This document shows positions 38,400-48,447 of a DNA stretch of 52,282 bases, one piece after another (position 1 is the first letter of the stretch; each line of letters starts with the position of its first letter). Both the position numbers and the translations under genes were made by a program. The DNA is from Desulfobacteraceae bacterium (GTDB lineage: Bacteria > Desulfobacterota > Desulfobacteria > Desulfobacterales > Desulfosalsimonadaceae): the NCBI GenBank assembly GCA_021162325.1, contig JAGGYV010000299.1, positions 1 to 52,282 of the forward strand, written 5' to 3'. The notes beneath the pieces were generated by a model that saw nothing but the letters and a program-made list of their open reading frames with translations, was not told the DNA's origin and ran no database searches.

Positions 38400-39606
38400 C
38401 TACGAGTTTATCATTTTTAATAATCCGATAAATATCATCCACTATTGTTTCTGCCGCATCCGGGCGGCCAAACTTTTGAATTCTTGCTTCCATTTTTTCC
38501 TTTATTTCGGGATTTTCAAAATAGTACGCTATTCTTTGCGCAAGAATTTTCCCGGACAGATTTTTTTCAAAAATCATTTCAGCGGCACCCCCATCGACAA
38601 GGGCTTGTGCGTTGACAACCTGATGGTCATCTGTTGCAAATGGAAACGGTATAAACACAACTACTTTTCCGGTCACAGTTAATTCCGCAACGGTGGTCGC
38701 GCCCGATCGGCAGATGACCAGATCCGCCGATTGGTATCGCTCTGCCATGTTATCAAAAAAAGGGGCTACTTCGGACATGATGTGATGCTGCTGATAACCG
38801 TTGCCGACCGCATCCGCATCTTTTATTCCGGTCTGGTGAACAAACCGGAATTTTTCGGGATTTTTTAAGTAACGCAGACTTTCCAGCACAGCCTTGTTAA
38901 TACTATGCGCCCCCTGGCTGCCGCCAAGAATCAAGACGTTGAACAACCGTTTTTCATTTTGCCGCCCTTTATGATTATTTTGATTAATCTCTGATGCTTG
39001 AACAATTTCATCCCGGACCGGGTTTCCGGTAAAAACGATTTTATGGTTACACGACGGGTTAAATCCTGTATCCGGAAAAGACACATAAATCTTTTCCGCC
39101 AATCCCGATAAAAGCCTGTTGGTTAATCCCGGGATACTGTTCTGTTCATGGATCACCCGATGAATCCGTAACATCCAGGCTCCGGCAATAACCGGTCCGG
39201 CGGAATACGCCCCCATTCCGATAACGATATCCGGTTTATACCCGATTAACAGCTTGAGCGAATCGATCATCCCTTTTGGGAGTCTGCACATGGCAACGAG
39301 TTTGGCAAAAATACGTTTACCTTTAATGCCTTCAACAGAAATCAGTTTTTTTTCAAATGCTGTTTTACCCAAAACCGTTTCTTCAATTTTTTTACCGCTG
39401 GTAACGAACAACACACGAGTTGCGGGCTGTCGTTTCATAAATACTTCTGCAATGGCAATACCAGGGAACAAATGCCCGCCGGTCCCGCCGCCGGCAATAA
39501 CAATGCGCAGGTCTTTAAATGAACCCATATCCGGACTTTCTATCTCTTGTCCAAAATTGGTCACGGTCGCATCACCGTTTTTTTTTATTGTTTCTGAGAT
39601 GCCCAT
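38329..39606 (-). CDS. murG: Lipid II glycosyltransferase MurG
   Basis: Contains GGGTGGHLFPGIAIAE and LGGSQGA. An alternative start is M27 (39528). The C-terminal tail SRISMAKKKVPPNLKTGEARKS derives from the repeat element. Confidence 0.9.
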   Translation of the reverse strand: MGISETIKKNGDATVTNFGQEIESPDMGSFKDLRIVIAGGGTGGHLFPGIAIAEVFMKRQPATRVLFVTSGKKIEETVLGKTAFEKKLISVEGIKGKRIFAKLVAMCRLPKGMIDSLKLLIGYKPDIVIGMGAYSAGPVIAGAWMLRIHRVIHEQNSIPGLTNRLLSGLAEKIYVSFPDTGFNPSCNHKIVFTGNPVRDEIVQASEINQNNHKGRQNEKRLFNVLILGGSQGAHSINKAVLESLRYLKNPEKFRFVHQTGIKDADAVGNGYQQHHIMSEVAPFFDNMAERYQSADLVICRSGATTVAELTVTGKVVVFIPFPFATDDHQVVNAQALVDGGAAEMIFEKNLSGKILAQRIAYYFENPEIKEKMEARIQKFGRPDAAETIVDDIYRIIKNDKLVESRISMAKKKVPPNLKTGEARKS

Positions 39607-40703
39607 ATATTCATCAACACGCCGATTAATGCCAGGTTTATGACCAGCGAAGACCCGCCATAGCTCAAAAACGGCAGCGTCAGTCCTTTGGTCGGCAAAA
39701 GACTTAAGTTCACACCCATGTTGATCACTGCCTGCAATGCAATGGAAATGGTAATCCCCAAGGCAAGCAGGGAACCAAAAAAATCACGCTTTGATTGTGC
39801 AATCCCCAGGCCCCGCCACAGGATAACGAGGTAAAGGGACATCACGATAAGTATCCATCTTAAACCGCCTTCTTCCCCGATCACTGAAAAAATAAAATCC
39901 GTATGCGGATCCGGCAGATAAAACAGTTTCTGGTATCCCTGACCAAAGCCTTTACCCCAGATCCCCCCTGAGCCGAAACCCATTAACGAGTGAATCACCT
40001 GGTATCCCTCATCTTTGGGATATTTCCACGGGTCCAGAAACGACAGGCACCGTTTCAGACGATAATCGCTTGAAAAAATCAAAACAACCGCTGCCGGTAA
40101 TACAAAAACCAGCGCGGACAGGCTCAAATGAGAAAACCGCACACGACCGGCAAACATGATCAGCCATGCCAACATCCAAAAAATGGCAACAGATCCGTAA
40201 TCCGGCTGAAAAAGGATGAGTACGGAAAACACCAGTAAAATCAGTACATGCGGCATAAACCCGACAGAAAAACTTTCAATATCATCCTGTTTTTTGGTGA
40301 GGGAATATCCCATAAATACGATTAATGCGAACCGTGCAAACTCGACCGGCTGAAACCGGATACCACTGAACTGAATCCACCGGATGGCGCCTTTCGCCTC
40401 ATGGCCCATGCCTTTAATTAAAACGATCCCCAACAATGCAAGAGCACCTGCGACCATGACATATGTCATGCTGCGATACAGCCGATAGGGGATATAACGG
40501 CATACCAGCATGCCAAATAAACCGAGTCCGGCAAATTTCAACTGTTTTGTAAAAAAATAATATTCATTGCCGTAATCATGCAATGCGATGGCGCTGCTGG
40601 CGCTGTACACCATGGCCACACCAATCCCCGTCAGAAAAAGAACCGGCAGAAGAATAGCCACGTCATAGGAAAGATAATTGCTTTTATGGTGTCTTCTTCT
40701 CAT
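39585..40703 (-). CDS. ftsW: Lipid II flippase/peptidoglycan polymerase FtsW (SEDS)
   Basis: 372 aa, polytopic SEDS sequence (PTKGLTLPFLSYGGSS). Confidence 0.9.
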   Translation of the reverse strand: MRRRHHKSNYLSYDVAILLPVLFLTGIGVAMVYSASSAIALHDYGNEYYFFTKQLKFAGLGLFGMLVCRYIPYRLYRSMTYVMVAGALALLGIVLIKGMGHEAKGAIRWIQFSGIRFQPVEFARFALIVFMGYSLTKKQDDIESFSVGFMPHVLILLVFSVLILFQPDYGSVAIFWMLAWLIMFAGRVRFSHLSLSALVFVLPAAVVLIFSSDYRLKRCLSFLDPWKYPKDEGYQVIHSLMGFGSGGIWGKGFGQGYQKLFYLPDPHTDFIFSVIGEEGGLRWILIVMSLYLVILWRGLGIAQSKRDFFGSLLALGITISIALQAVINMGVNLSLLPTKGLTLPFLSYGGSSLVINLALIGVLMNIWASQKQ

Positions 40704-42085
40704 GACTTCTCACCTTTCGCCAGATCATGAGCGCCCCTTGTTAACTCGTCAATCGATCGCGCAAAATCCCGGCCCCGCTGGGCATAACTGTCGTACATAT
40801 CAAAACTTGAACAGGCGGGAGACAGCAATACCGAATCTTGAGGCGCTGAAAACGAGGCCGCCATTTTCACTGCATGGGCCATGTCCACTGCCTTTACTGT
40901 CGGCACCATATCCGCAAACACGGTTTTTATTTTATCCGCGGCTTCCCCCATAACAATCAACTGTTTAACGCATTGGGCGATCCGGGGTCTCAGACTTTCA
41001 TATCCGCCGCCTTTGTCCCGGCCGCCCATAATCAGGACAACTGGCGAAGAAAACGATTCTAAAGCCCTTGCCACCGCATCTACGTTGGTGGCTTTTGAAT
41101 CATCATAGAAGGCAACCCGGTTGACGGTATCAATATATTCCACGCGGTGAGCCAGGCCCTTAAATTTTTTCAACGCCCCGTTGATTCCAGAAATGGTGCC
41201 GCCGACAGATAAAACCGCAAGACCGGCGGCAGACGCATTCTCCAGGTTATGGCAACCCGTCAGAGGGATATCCGTACAATCCACATGCTGATCACCACCA
41301 TCCGGTGTATGAAAACAAATGGTTTGGTCCGATATCCATGCGCTGTATTCATTAGACTGCCGGCAGTTAAACGCATACCGCCGGGCAATCAGATTCTCTG
41401 AAATAGACAGAATGACGGCATCTTTTTCATTTATCACACAAATATCATTTGCCTGCTGATTTTCAAAGATTCTGGCCTTGGACCTTGCATACGCGGCAAA
41501 GTCCGGATATCGATCCAGATGATCATCCGTAATATTCAAAATAATACTGACCAGCGGCCTGAATTTGTTTATCGTGTCAAGCTGAAAGCTGCTGATTTCC
41601 GCGACAATAAAATCGGCGGCTTTCTGTTGATCGACCAACTCAATTAGCGGCGGGCCGAGGTTTCCCCCGGTCAGTGACTTAAAGCCGGACTGATTAAGCA
41701 TTTCGCCGATCAGCAGTGTCGTGGTCGATTTACCGTTGGTTCCGGTAACCGCAATAATCGGTATGTTAATAAAATGATGGGCCAGTTCAATCTCCCCGAT
41801 AACGGGTATATCTTTTTGCCTGGCCCGATGTACCGGTGCAATCGTATGCGGTACCCCGGGACTCAGCACGATGAGATCACAATTTTCAAATATTTCATCT
41901 TTATGCGGCCCCAGCTCAATGGAAATTCCAAGGCTTCTGATTTCAGACAGCAAATCGCCAAACGCATCTTCACTGCGATTATCAGCAGCAGTGACACGGC
42001 ATCCCCGGCTGGTCAGAAATTTAGCCACGGAAATTCCCGATCTTCCCAGTCCAACCACCAAAATATGTTTATTTCTCAAATCCAT
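40700..42085 (-). CDS. murD: UDP-N-acetylmuramoylalanine--D-glutamate ligase
   Basis: 461 aa. Contains GLGRSG and GTNGKSTTT. Confidence 0.9.
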   Translation of the reverse strand: MDLRNKHILVVGLGRSGISVAKFLTSRGCRVTAADNRSEDAFGDLLSEIRSLGISIELGPHKDEIFENCDLIVLSPGVPHTIAPVHRARQKDIPVIGEIELAHHFINIPIIAVTGTNGKSTTTLLIGEMLNQSGFKSLTGGNLGPPLIELVDQQKAADFIVAEISSFQLDTINKFRPLVSIILNITDDHLDRYPDFAAYARSKARIFENQQANDICVINEKDAVILSISENLIARRYAFNCRQSNEYSAWISDQTICFHTPDGGDQHVDCTDIPLTGCHNLENASAAGLAVLSVGGTISGINGALKKFKGLAHRVEYIDTVNRVAFYDDSKATNVDAVARALESFSSPVVLIMGGRDKGGGYESLRPRIAQCVKQLIVMGEAADKIKTVFADMVPTVKAVDMAHAVKMAASFSAPQDSVLLSPACSSFDMYDSYAQRGRDFARSIDELTRGAHDLAKGEKS

Positions 42086-42104
42086 TGAATTGTTTCTACA
42101 ATAC

Positions 42105-43184
42105 CTATCTCAGTTTCAGCGTACTGATTGATATCAACGCCAGAATAATAGCGATAATCCAAAACCGGACAATGACCTTGGATTCCGCCCATCCTTTTAG
42201 TTCAAAATGGTGATGCAAAGGTGCCATTAAAAATATTCGCTGTCCTTTGCTCATCTTGAAATACCCCACCTGAAAAATTACCGACACCGCTTCGATCACA
42301 AAAACCCCACCCACAATGATCAACAAAATTTCATGTTTGGTAATCACGGCAATGATGCCCAGCAGAGCGCCCAACGGCAAAGAGCCTACATCTCCCATAA
42401 AAATCTGGGCCGGATACGTGTTGTACCATAAAAACCCCAACCCGGCACCGGCCATGGCCCCGCAAATAATCGTGACCTCACCGCAACCGGCCAAATAATT
42501 AATCTGAAGATACTCCGCGAGTTTAATGTGACCCGTCACATAGGCAAACAACATATATGTTGCCGCAGCAATGATCACCGGGCCAATGGCCAGACCATCA
42601 AGCCCGTCGGTTAAATTAACCGCATTGGATGCCCCCACAATCACCACGATGGCGAAGAGGATATACCCCGGACCCAAATCCGGTGTAATGGTTTTAAAAA
42701 ACGGCACCGTGACGTGGGTGTTAAATTCCGGATAAACATAAATCATCCCCCCGGCAATACCGGCGATGAGAATCTGAAGACAAAACTTGGCCCAACCACT
42801 TAATCCCAGATTGCGTTTCTGGATCTGTTTTAAATAATCATCGACAAAACCAATGGCAAAATAACCGGCTCCCACAAATAAAATAATCCATATATATAAA
42901 TTCGTTAAATCTACCCACAGAATCACCGACACAAAAATTGCCAGCAGAATCAGCACGCCGCCCATGGTGGGTGTGCCGGCTTTATCCTGATGGCTTTCCG
43001 GGCCGACTTTCCGGATGAACTGACCGATCTGTTTTTCGCCAAGCATGCGGATCACCCATGGACCGAACACAAAACAGATCACCAGAGCGGTTAAGCTCGC
43101 ACATATGGTTCGAAACGTAATATATCGAAATACGTTTAAAACCGTTATTTCCGGCTGCAGCATATTAAAAAGATGATAAAACAT
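42105..43184 (-). CDS. mraY: Phospho-N-acetylmuramoyl-pentapeptide transferase
   Basis: 359 aa. Contains [20 protein letters not shown] and MGDVGSL. Confidence 0.95.
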   Translation of the reverse strand: MFYHLFNMLQPEITVLNVFRYITFRTICASLTALVICFVFGPWVIRMLGEKQIGQFIRKVGPESHQDKAGTPTMGGVLILLAIFVSVILWVDLTNLYIWIILFVGAGYFAIGFVDDYLKQIQKRNLGLSGWAKFCLQILIAGIAGGMIYVYPEFNTHVTVPFFKTITPDLGPGYILFAIVVIVGASNAVNLTDGLDGLAIGPVIIAAATYMLFAYVTGHIKLAEYLQINYLAGCGEVTIICGAMAGAGLGFLWYNTYPAQIFMGDVGSLPLGALLGIIAVITKHEILLIIVGGVFVIEAVSVIFQVGYFKMSKGQRIFLMAPLHHHFELKGWAESKVIVRFWIIAIILALISISTLKLR

Positions 43185-43202
43185 TAGTTTTTTATTTCCG
43201 GT

Positions 43203-44609
43203 TTATGCACCGATCGCCTCCAGCTGTTCAACGATTTCTTCCATCCCTGCGCCTCTTGACCCTTTCACCAGCACCCAGTCTTTGGGACCGAGAAATTTGA
43301 CCAGGGATTCCACTAATTCCGGTTTTTCGCCGATGATGATATCCTGACCCGGCATACCCTGCTGCTGCGCTCCTTTTTTTACGGCATCTGCATAATCACC
43401 CGTCAGGAAAAGCCTGTTAACCCCTGACTGGACAGCGAACTGCCCGATACTTTCATGCAATCGCTGGGCGTCCCTGCCAAGTTCAAGCATGTCCCCGGCC
43501 ACCAGGGCCCCTTTTCCCCGACCTTTTAAGGATGCCAACGTTTTTATGGCTGCTTTCATAGAACCGGGATTCGCATTATAGGAATCATCAATAATAAAAA
43601 ATCCCGATTTCGACGCTTTGATATCCATCCGGCCTTTGACCGGCTTAAATGACTCAAGGCCTGCCTTTATTTCAATGGCGCTGAGACCGGCCAAATATCC
43701 GACCGCAGAAGCGGCCAGGGCATTTGACACCATGAACTGACCGGGAGCATTGAGTTTAACCGAAATTTTTTCATTGGGCAGCTCAAGCGTAAAAACCGTT
43801 GTATGTTCTTTTTTGGCAATATCCATGGCCCGGATATCAGCGCAAATCGACTGACCAAAATAGGATACCTTCCGGCGGGCCGTACCGCCGAGCTTCAGGC
43901 TGTAGGTGTCATCGCCATTTAATATAATCACGCCGTCCTGCTTGATATTTTCAATCAACTCCCCTTTGGCAGACATAATATTTTCCATGCTGCCCAGGCC
44001 TTCAAGGTGGGCCGGCCCGATATTCGTGATGACGCCAAGATCCGGGCGGCAGATTTGTGAAAGTCGCCGGATTTCACCGGGATGATTCATTCCGAGTTCC
44101 AGGACCGCCGCATCATGGGATTGATTCATCCGGAAAATCGTTAACGGAACGCCAAATTCATTATTTAAATTACCCTGAGTTTTAAGGGGGTTGAATTTCT
44201 GCCCCAAAACCTGCGCCGTCATCTCCTTGGTCGTTGTTTTGCCATTTGACCCGGTGATGCAAATGATCGGGATGGAAAACCGCTGCCGGTGAAATGCGGC
44301 CAAATCTCCAAGCGCGGCAATGGTATCTTCCACCAGAATACAGAAAACGTCATTTAAAACCTGATCTTTAATTTCCTGGGTAAACTTTTGCCGGTCAATG
44401 ACAATGCCCCGGACACCCTTTTTGATAACATCTTCGATAAACCGGTGACCGTCATGATTCTGCCCATTGACCGCCACAAACAACTCATTTTTGGTTATAC
44501 TTCTGGAATCAATGGATATTGTCTCAAAATGGACAAATTCTTTCCCAGCCACTAATTCCCCATCCGTGGCTGTCAGAATTTCATCAATTGTCCAGAAAAT
44601 TGCGTCCAT
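43203..44609 (-). CDS. murF: UDP-MurNAc-tripeptide--D-Ala-D-Ala ligase
   Basis: 468 aa. Contains GSNGKTTTKEM and DDSYNANP. Confidence 0.9.
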   Translation of the reverse strand: MDAIFWTIDEILTATDGELVAGKEFVHFETISIDSRSITKNELFVAVNGQNHDGHRFIEDVIKKGVRGIVIDRQKFTQEIKDQVLNDVFCILVEDTIAALGDLAAFHRQRFSIPIICITGSNGKTTTKEMTAQVLGQKFNPLKTQGNLNNEFGVPLTIFRMNQSHDAAVLELGMNHPGEIRRLSQICRPDLGVITNIGPAHLEGLGSMENIMSAKGELIENIKQDGVIILNGDDTYSLKLGGTARRKVSYFGQSICADIRAMDIAKKEHTTVFTLELPNEKISVKLNAPGQFMVSNALAASAVGYLAGLSAIEIKAGLESFKPVKGRMDIKASKSGFFIIDDSYNANPGSMKAAIKTLASLKGRGKGALVAGDMLELGRDAQRLHESIGQFAVQSGVNRLFLTGDYADAVKKGAQQQGMPGQDIIIGEKPELVESLVKFLGPKDWVLVKGSRGAGMEEIVEQLEAIGA

Positions 44610-46186
44610 TAATTCACTTTCTGTAAAAGTCCGTCCAATGCTGCGGTTGCCTTTTTTTTATCATCAAACGGAATAGTCTTTGTTCCGATGATCTGATAAT
44701 CTTCATGCCCTTTACCGGCAATCAATAGGGTGTCATCCGGTTTAGAAATCTTAATACCCAGATTAATCGCTTTTTCCCGGTCCGGTTCAATGACATACCC
44801 TTTTCCCAAAAATCCATTTTCAAGCTCGGACGGCCTGGATTCTTTCAGTGAGGCGGTCAACACCCCGTTGCGGATTTCTTCTATGATGGCATCCGGGTCT
44901 TCTGTCCGGGGGTTGTCAGACGTAATCACCACAAAATCGCTTAATTCGCCCGCGATTATTCCCATCTGGGACCGTTTCGCCTTGTCACGGTCGCCCCCGC
45001 ACCCGAAAACACAGATCAATCGCCCGGGAATGACTGCTTTTAAGGTGGACAAAACATTTTCCAGTGCATCCGGGGTATGGGCATAATCTATAAATACGTG
45101 CCGGCCGGATTCATTGAAAATACGTTCCAGTCTTCCCGGGACATTTTCAAACGACGCAATTGCCTGACTGACTGATGCCGGAGAAATATTTAACGCCATG
45201 CCGGCGCCTGCCGCACAGATAATATTTTCAAGATTATAACGACCGATTAATCCGGACTTAAATTGAACATCATTCTCCTGAAACCGGATTTCGCCGCTCA
45301 TACCATACTGATCAAACCGGATGTGTCGGGCACAGACATCACTGGAAGCATTCGAGCCCACGGAGATGACTTTGAAATTTTTCATCGCATCCAAAAATTC
45401 CATTCCCTTCGGGTTGTCCGTGTTGATCACCGCAACCGCATTGTTTTGCTTCGGACCTACCATTAAATAATCGGTAAAAAATCTTTTTTTACACAACCCG
45501 TATGCTGCCATATCTCCATGAAAATCCAGGTGATCCTGGCTCAGGTTGGTGTAGATACCCATATCAAACCAGCAGTGATAGATACGATTCAGGGCAACGC
45601 CGTGAGAAGACACTTCCATCACCACGTGGGTTACGCCAGCTGCCGCCATTTCAGCAAGAATCCTTTGAAGCTCCAGGGACTCCGGAGTCGTCAGCGGATT
45701 ATCATAAACTTTTCCGTGATACCGATAATTAATGGTGCTGATCACACCGACATCCATGCCGCTTTCCAGCAAAAGGTGCTCGACCAGATACGCCGTTGTT
45801 GTTTTACCATTTGTGCCGGTTATTCCGATCAAATATAAATTTTCAGACGGACGATTGAAAAACATTGCCGAACCGGCTGCCAGTGCCTTTCGCGTATCTT
45901 CGACGGATATGACCACAGCCTCATCCTCAAGCGTTTGCCTGGCATCCCTTTGTTGAGCAGCATCAACCACAACAACCGCAGCGCCTCTTGAAACGGCATC
46001 CCGGATATACCGGTGACCATCTGTATGCTGCCCTTTAATCGCAAAAAACATCCCGCCCGGGCGCACGTCATTTGATCGATAGTGAATTGATGTAATTTCA
46101 GAGCGCGATAAGGCATTCCACTGATCCGCAGAAAATCCGTTAATTCGGGCAGTTTTCATCGAATCGATTAACCGTGAAAGCTTCAT
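44609..46186 (-). CDS. murE: UDP-MurNAc-L-Ala-D-Glu--meso-DAP ligase
   Basis: 525 aa. Contains GTNGKTTT and the DNPR motif (TSDNPRTEDP). Confidence 0.9.
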   Translation of the reverse strand: MKLSRLIDSMKTARINGFSADQWNALSRSEITSIHYRSNDVRPGGMFFAIKGQHTDGHRYIRDAVSRGAAVVVVDAAQQRDARQTLEDEAVVISVEDTRKALAAGSAMFFNRPSENLYLIGITGTNGKTTTAYLVEHLLLESGMDVGVISTINYRYHGKVYDNPLTTPESLELQRILAEMAAAGVTHVVMEVSSHGVALNRIYHCWFDMGIYTNLSQDHLDFHGDMAAYGLCKKRFFTDYLMVGPKQNNAVAVINTDNPKGMEFLDAMKNFKVISVGSNASSDVCARHIRFDQYGMSGEIRFQENDVQFKSGLIGRYNLENIICAAGAGMALNISPASVSQAIASFENVPGRLERIFNESGRHVFIDYAHTPDALENVLSTLKAVIPGRLICVFGCGGDRDKAKRSQMGIIAGELSDFVVITSDNPRTEDPDAIIEEIRNGVLTASLKESRPSELENGFLGKGYVIEPDREKAINLGIKISKPDDTLLIAGKGHEDYQIIGTKTIPFDDKKKATAALDGLLQKVN

Positions 46187-47961
46187 GCGCCTGCTTCTCC
46201 GACACGATTTGAGACGTTTAGCTGTTCTTTGGGGATGCTCGGGGGGATATTCAAATAATTAAATGCCTCATGAACGATCTCCCTGAATACAGGGGCTGCC
46301 ACGACCCCGCCATAATGATGTTTCTGGGGCTCATCGATAACGACCAGGACTGCCAGTTCCGGAGACTGTGCCGGCGAGAACCCGACAAATACTCCGTTAT
46401 ACTCACAATTTCGATACGTTCCGTTCGCATTGATTTTCTGTGCGGTCCCGGTCTTACCGCAAACTGTGTAACCGGCCGGGACTGCCTGGCCACCGGTCCC
46501 ATCCGGTTCTGTTACTGCATTCATCATTTTCATCAACACCCTGGCCGTCCCGGGCATAATCACTTTTCGTTTCTCTCTGGGATTAACGCTTTTTATAATA
46601 TTACCGTTTACATCCGTAATCGCCTGGACGACATAAGGCGTCATCAATACCCCGTGGTTGGCGACTGCTGAAATTGCCGCAATCAGCTGAATCGGTGTCA
46701 CGGTAACGCCCTGGCCGAAAGCAATGGTGGCATTATCAATTTTTTTCCACCCCTGATAATGCCGTAAAAGCCCCTTTACTTCACCCGGGCAGTTAATTCC
46801 GGTTTTTTCCCCAAATCCGAAATCAATCAGCGTATCATATAATATCTTTGGGCCGATCATCTCCGCTATTTTTACCGACCCGATATTACTGGAATATTTC
46901 AGCACATCGTGAACCGTCAAAAAGTCATACGCATGCGTGTCATTAATCGTATTCCGCCCGATTCTATACTTTCCGTTTTCGCAATTAATAATCGTATCCG
47001 AATCACACAGACCGGACTCCAAAGCGGCAGCAACCAAAAAAACTTTCAAAGCAGACCCCGGCTCAAAGGTATCTGTCACCGATCGGTTGCGCCATGTTTG
47101 AATGGGAAACGAATTAAATGAATTCGGGTTGTATGTCGGATAATGTGCAATGGCCTTTACCGCACCCGTTTCCGGAACCATCACAATAGCAAGGCCACAT
47201 TTGGCATTATTTTCTTCCACTGATTTCTGCAAAGCGGTTTCCGCGATATACTGGATGGTCATATCAATGGTTAATATGATGTTATTCCCTTCGTATCCCG
47301 AAGAACACATCTCCTGGTGGTCAAAAATCCGCCCCATGCGGTCCTTGATAATCGTCCATTGACGCAGATCCCCCTGCAATTCATCATTAAAATACTGCTC
47401 CAGACCATCCAGGCCGTATCCATCGACCCCCACAAATCCAATTAACTGTGCTGCCAATGTTTTACAGGGATAAACCCGTAAATAGGACGGGTCATATTCA
47501 AATCCTGACAGCTTCAGGGACCTGAGCGTCGCTTCCCGCATCGGCGTCACTTTACGATCCAGCCATATAAAATCCTTGTCCGCAGAAAACTTTTCATACA
47601 GCACATGTTCATTCAAATTCAGTGCCTTAGCCACTTCCCGGGCCAATTCCTGTTTGGCCGGTGTTGCTGTTTCATCTTCACTTTCTATATCCCTGGGATG
47701 CACACCGACTTCAACAACGCTGGTGCTGATCGCCAGTTCACGATAATTGGCATCAAATATGGCACCGCGTTTTCCCTGGCTTTTCTTTGATTCTTGATAT
47801 TGTTGAGAGGCTCGCCTGGAGAGCATGTCACCTTTGATGACCTGCAAATAAAAAACCTGAATCCCCACGATCACATACAAAAAAGTCAAAAATCCGCCGA
47901 TGACAACAATGCGCCGGTTTCTGAATTTATTTCTATGCTGCTCAACTTTTGTCGAATTCAT
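46183..47961 (-). CDS. ftsI: Division-specific transpeptidase FtsI (PBP3)
   Basis: 592 aa. N-terminal TM segment and a KTGT box (CGKTGTAQ), within a penicillin-binding transpeptidase layout. Confidence 0.9.
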   Translation of the reverse strand: MNSTKVEQHRNKFRNRRIVVIGGFLTFLYVIVGIQVFYLQVIKGDMLSRRASQQYQESKKSQGKRGAIFDANYRELAISTSVVEVGVHPRDIESEDETATPAKQELAREVAKALNLNEHVLYEKFSADKDFIWLDRKVTPMREATLRSLKLSGFEYDPSYLRVYPCKTLAAQLIGFVGVDGYGLDGLEQYFNDELQGDLRQWTIIKDRMGRIFDHQEMCSSGYEGNNIILTIDMTIQYIAETALQKSVEENNAKCGLAIVMVPETGAVKAIAHYPTYNPNSFNSFPIQTWRNRSVTDTFEPGSALKVFLVAAALESGLCDSDTIINCENGKYRIGRNTINDTHAYDFLTVHDVLKYSSNIGSVKIAEMIGPKILYDTLIDFGFGEKTGINCPGEVKGLLRHYQGWKKIDNATIAFGQGVTVTPIQLIAAISAVANHGVLMTPYVVQAITDVNGNIIKSVNPREKRKVIMPGTARVLMKMMNAVTEPDGTGGQAVPAGYTVCGKTGTAQKINANGTYRNCEYNGVFVGFSPAQSPELAVLVVIDEPQKHHYGGVVAAPVFREIVHEAFNYLNIPPSIPKEQLNVSNRVGEAGA

Positions 47962-48260
47962 GGGATAATGATTACCTGTCCGGGTTTCGGAATTATCAGT
48001 TCAAATTTTTCTTTGGCTATTTTCATCAGGATCTGTGGCGAGCGAAGGTGAACCAATTCAATTTTTAAATTCTTCTGCATATTCATCAAGTTTTGCTGTT
48101 TATTCATTGCGACCGAAATTTCATAACCGGTTTGAATGCACTGCACGCCGCACCACGTTTTTAAAAAAAATGCCACAATGAAAATCGAAAAAAAAACAAA
48201 GCTCACCACAATCACTCGCGGCGTCAATAGATTGGGTTTTGATTTTCTATTGAACTTCAT
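47958..48260 (-). CDS. ftsL: Cell division protein FtsL
   Basis: 100 aa. Single TM segment followed by a coiled-coil-like segment. Canonical position between rsmH and ftsI. Confidence 0.75.
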   Translation of the reverse strand: MKFNRKSKPNLLTPRVIVVSFVFFSIFIVAFFLKTWCGVQCIQTGYEISVAMNKQQNLMNMQKNLKIELVHLRSPQILMKIAKEKFELIIPKPGQVIIIP

Positions 48261-48435
48261 CGTGGGAATCTATAACAATACAGTCGTTGCAGCATGAGGT
48301 GGACGATGCAATACAACCGGTACGGCAACTGTCCGGCACGACAAACCGATCAATGCATATTCCCGGCGCGAAAGCACATAAAATAAGCATAGAAACCACA
48401 AGGCCCATTACAAAAAAGACTTTTAATCTACCCAT
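48247..48435 (-). CDS. Candidate small secreted Cys-rich protein (62 aa)
   Basis: Has an n-region (MGRLK), a hydrophobic core and an AFA|PG cleavage-like site, followed by six Cys in 39 aa. It fills an otherwise 187-nt rsmH-ftsL gap and overlaps the ftsL start by 14 nt. A G10 tract lies directly 5' of the ATG. Confidence 0.4.
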   Translation of the reverse strand: MGRLKVFFVMGLVVSMLILCAFAPGICIDRFVVPDSCRTGCIASSTSCCNDCIVIDSHDEVQ

Positions 48436-48447
48436 CCCCCCCCCCTG

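Noticed and set aside
38056-38682. 208-aa plus-strand ORF spanning the murC/murG junction
   Set aside because: It is antisense to two well-supported dcw genes. It stays open only because of the repeat element and biased composition.
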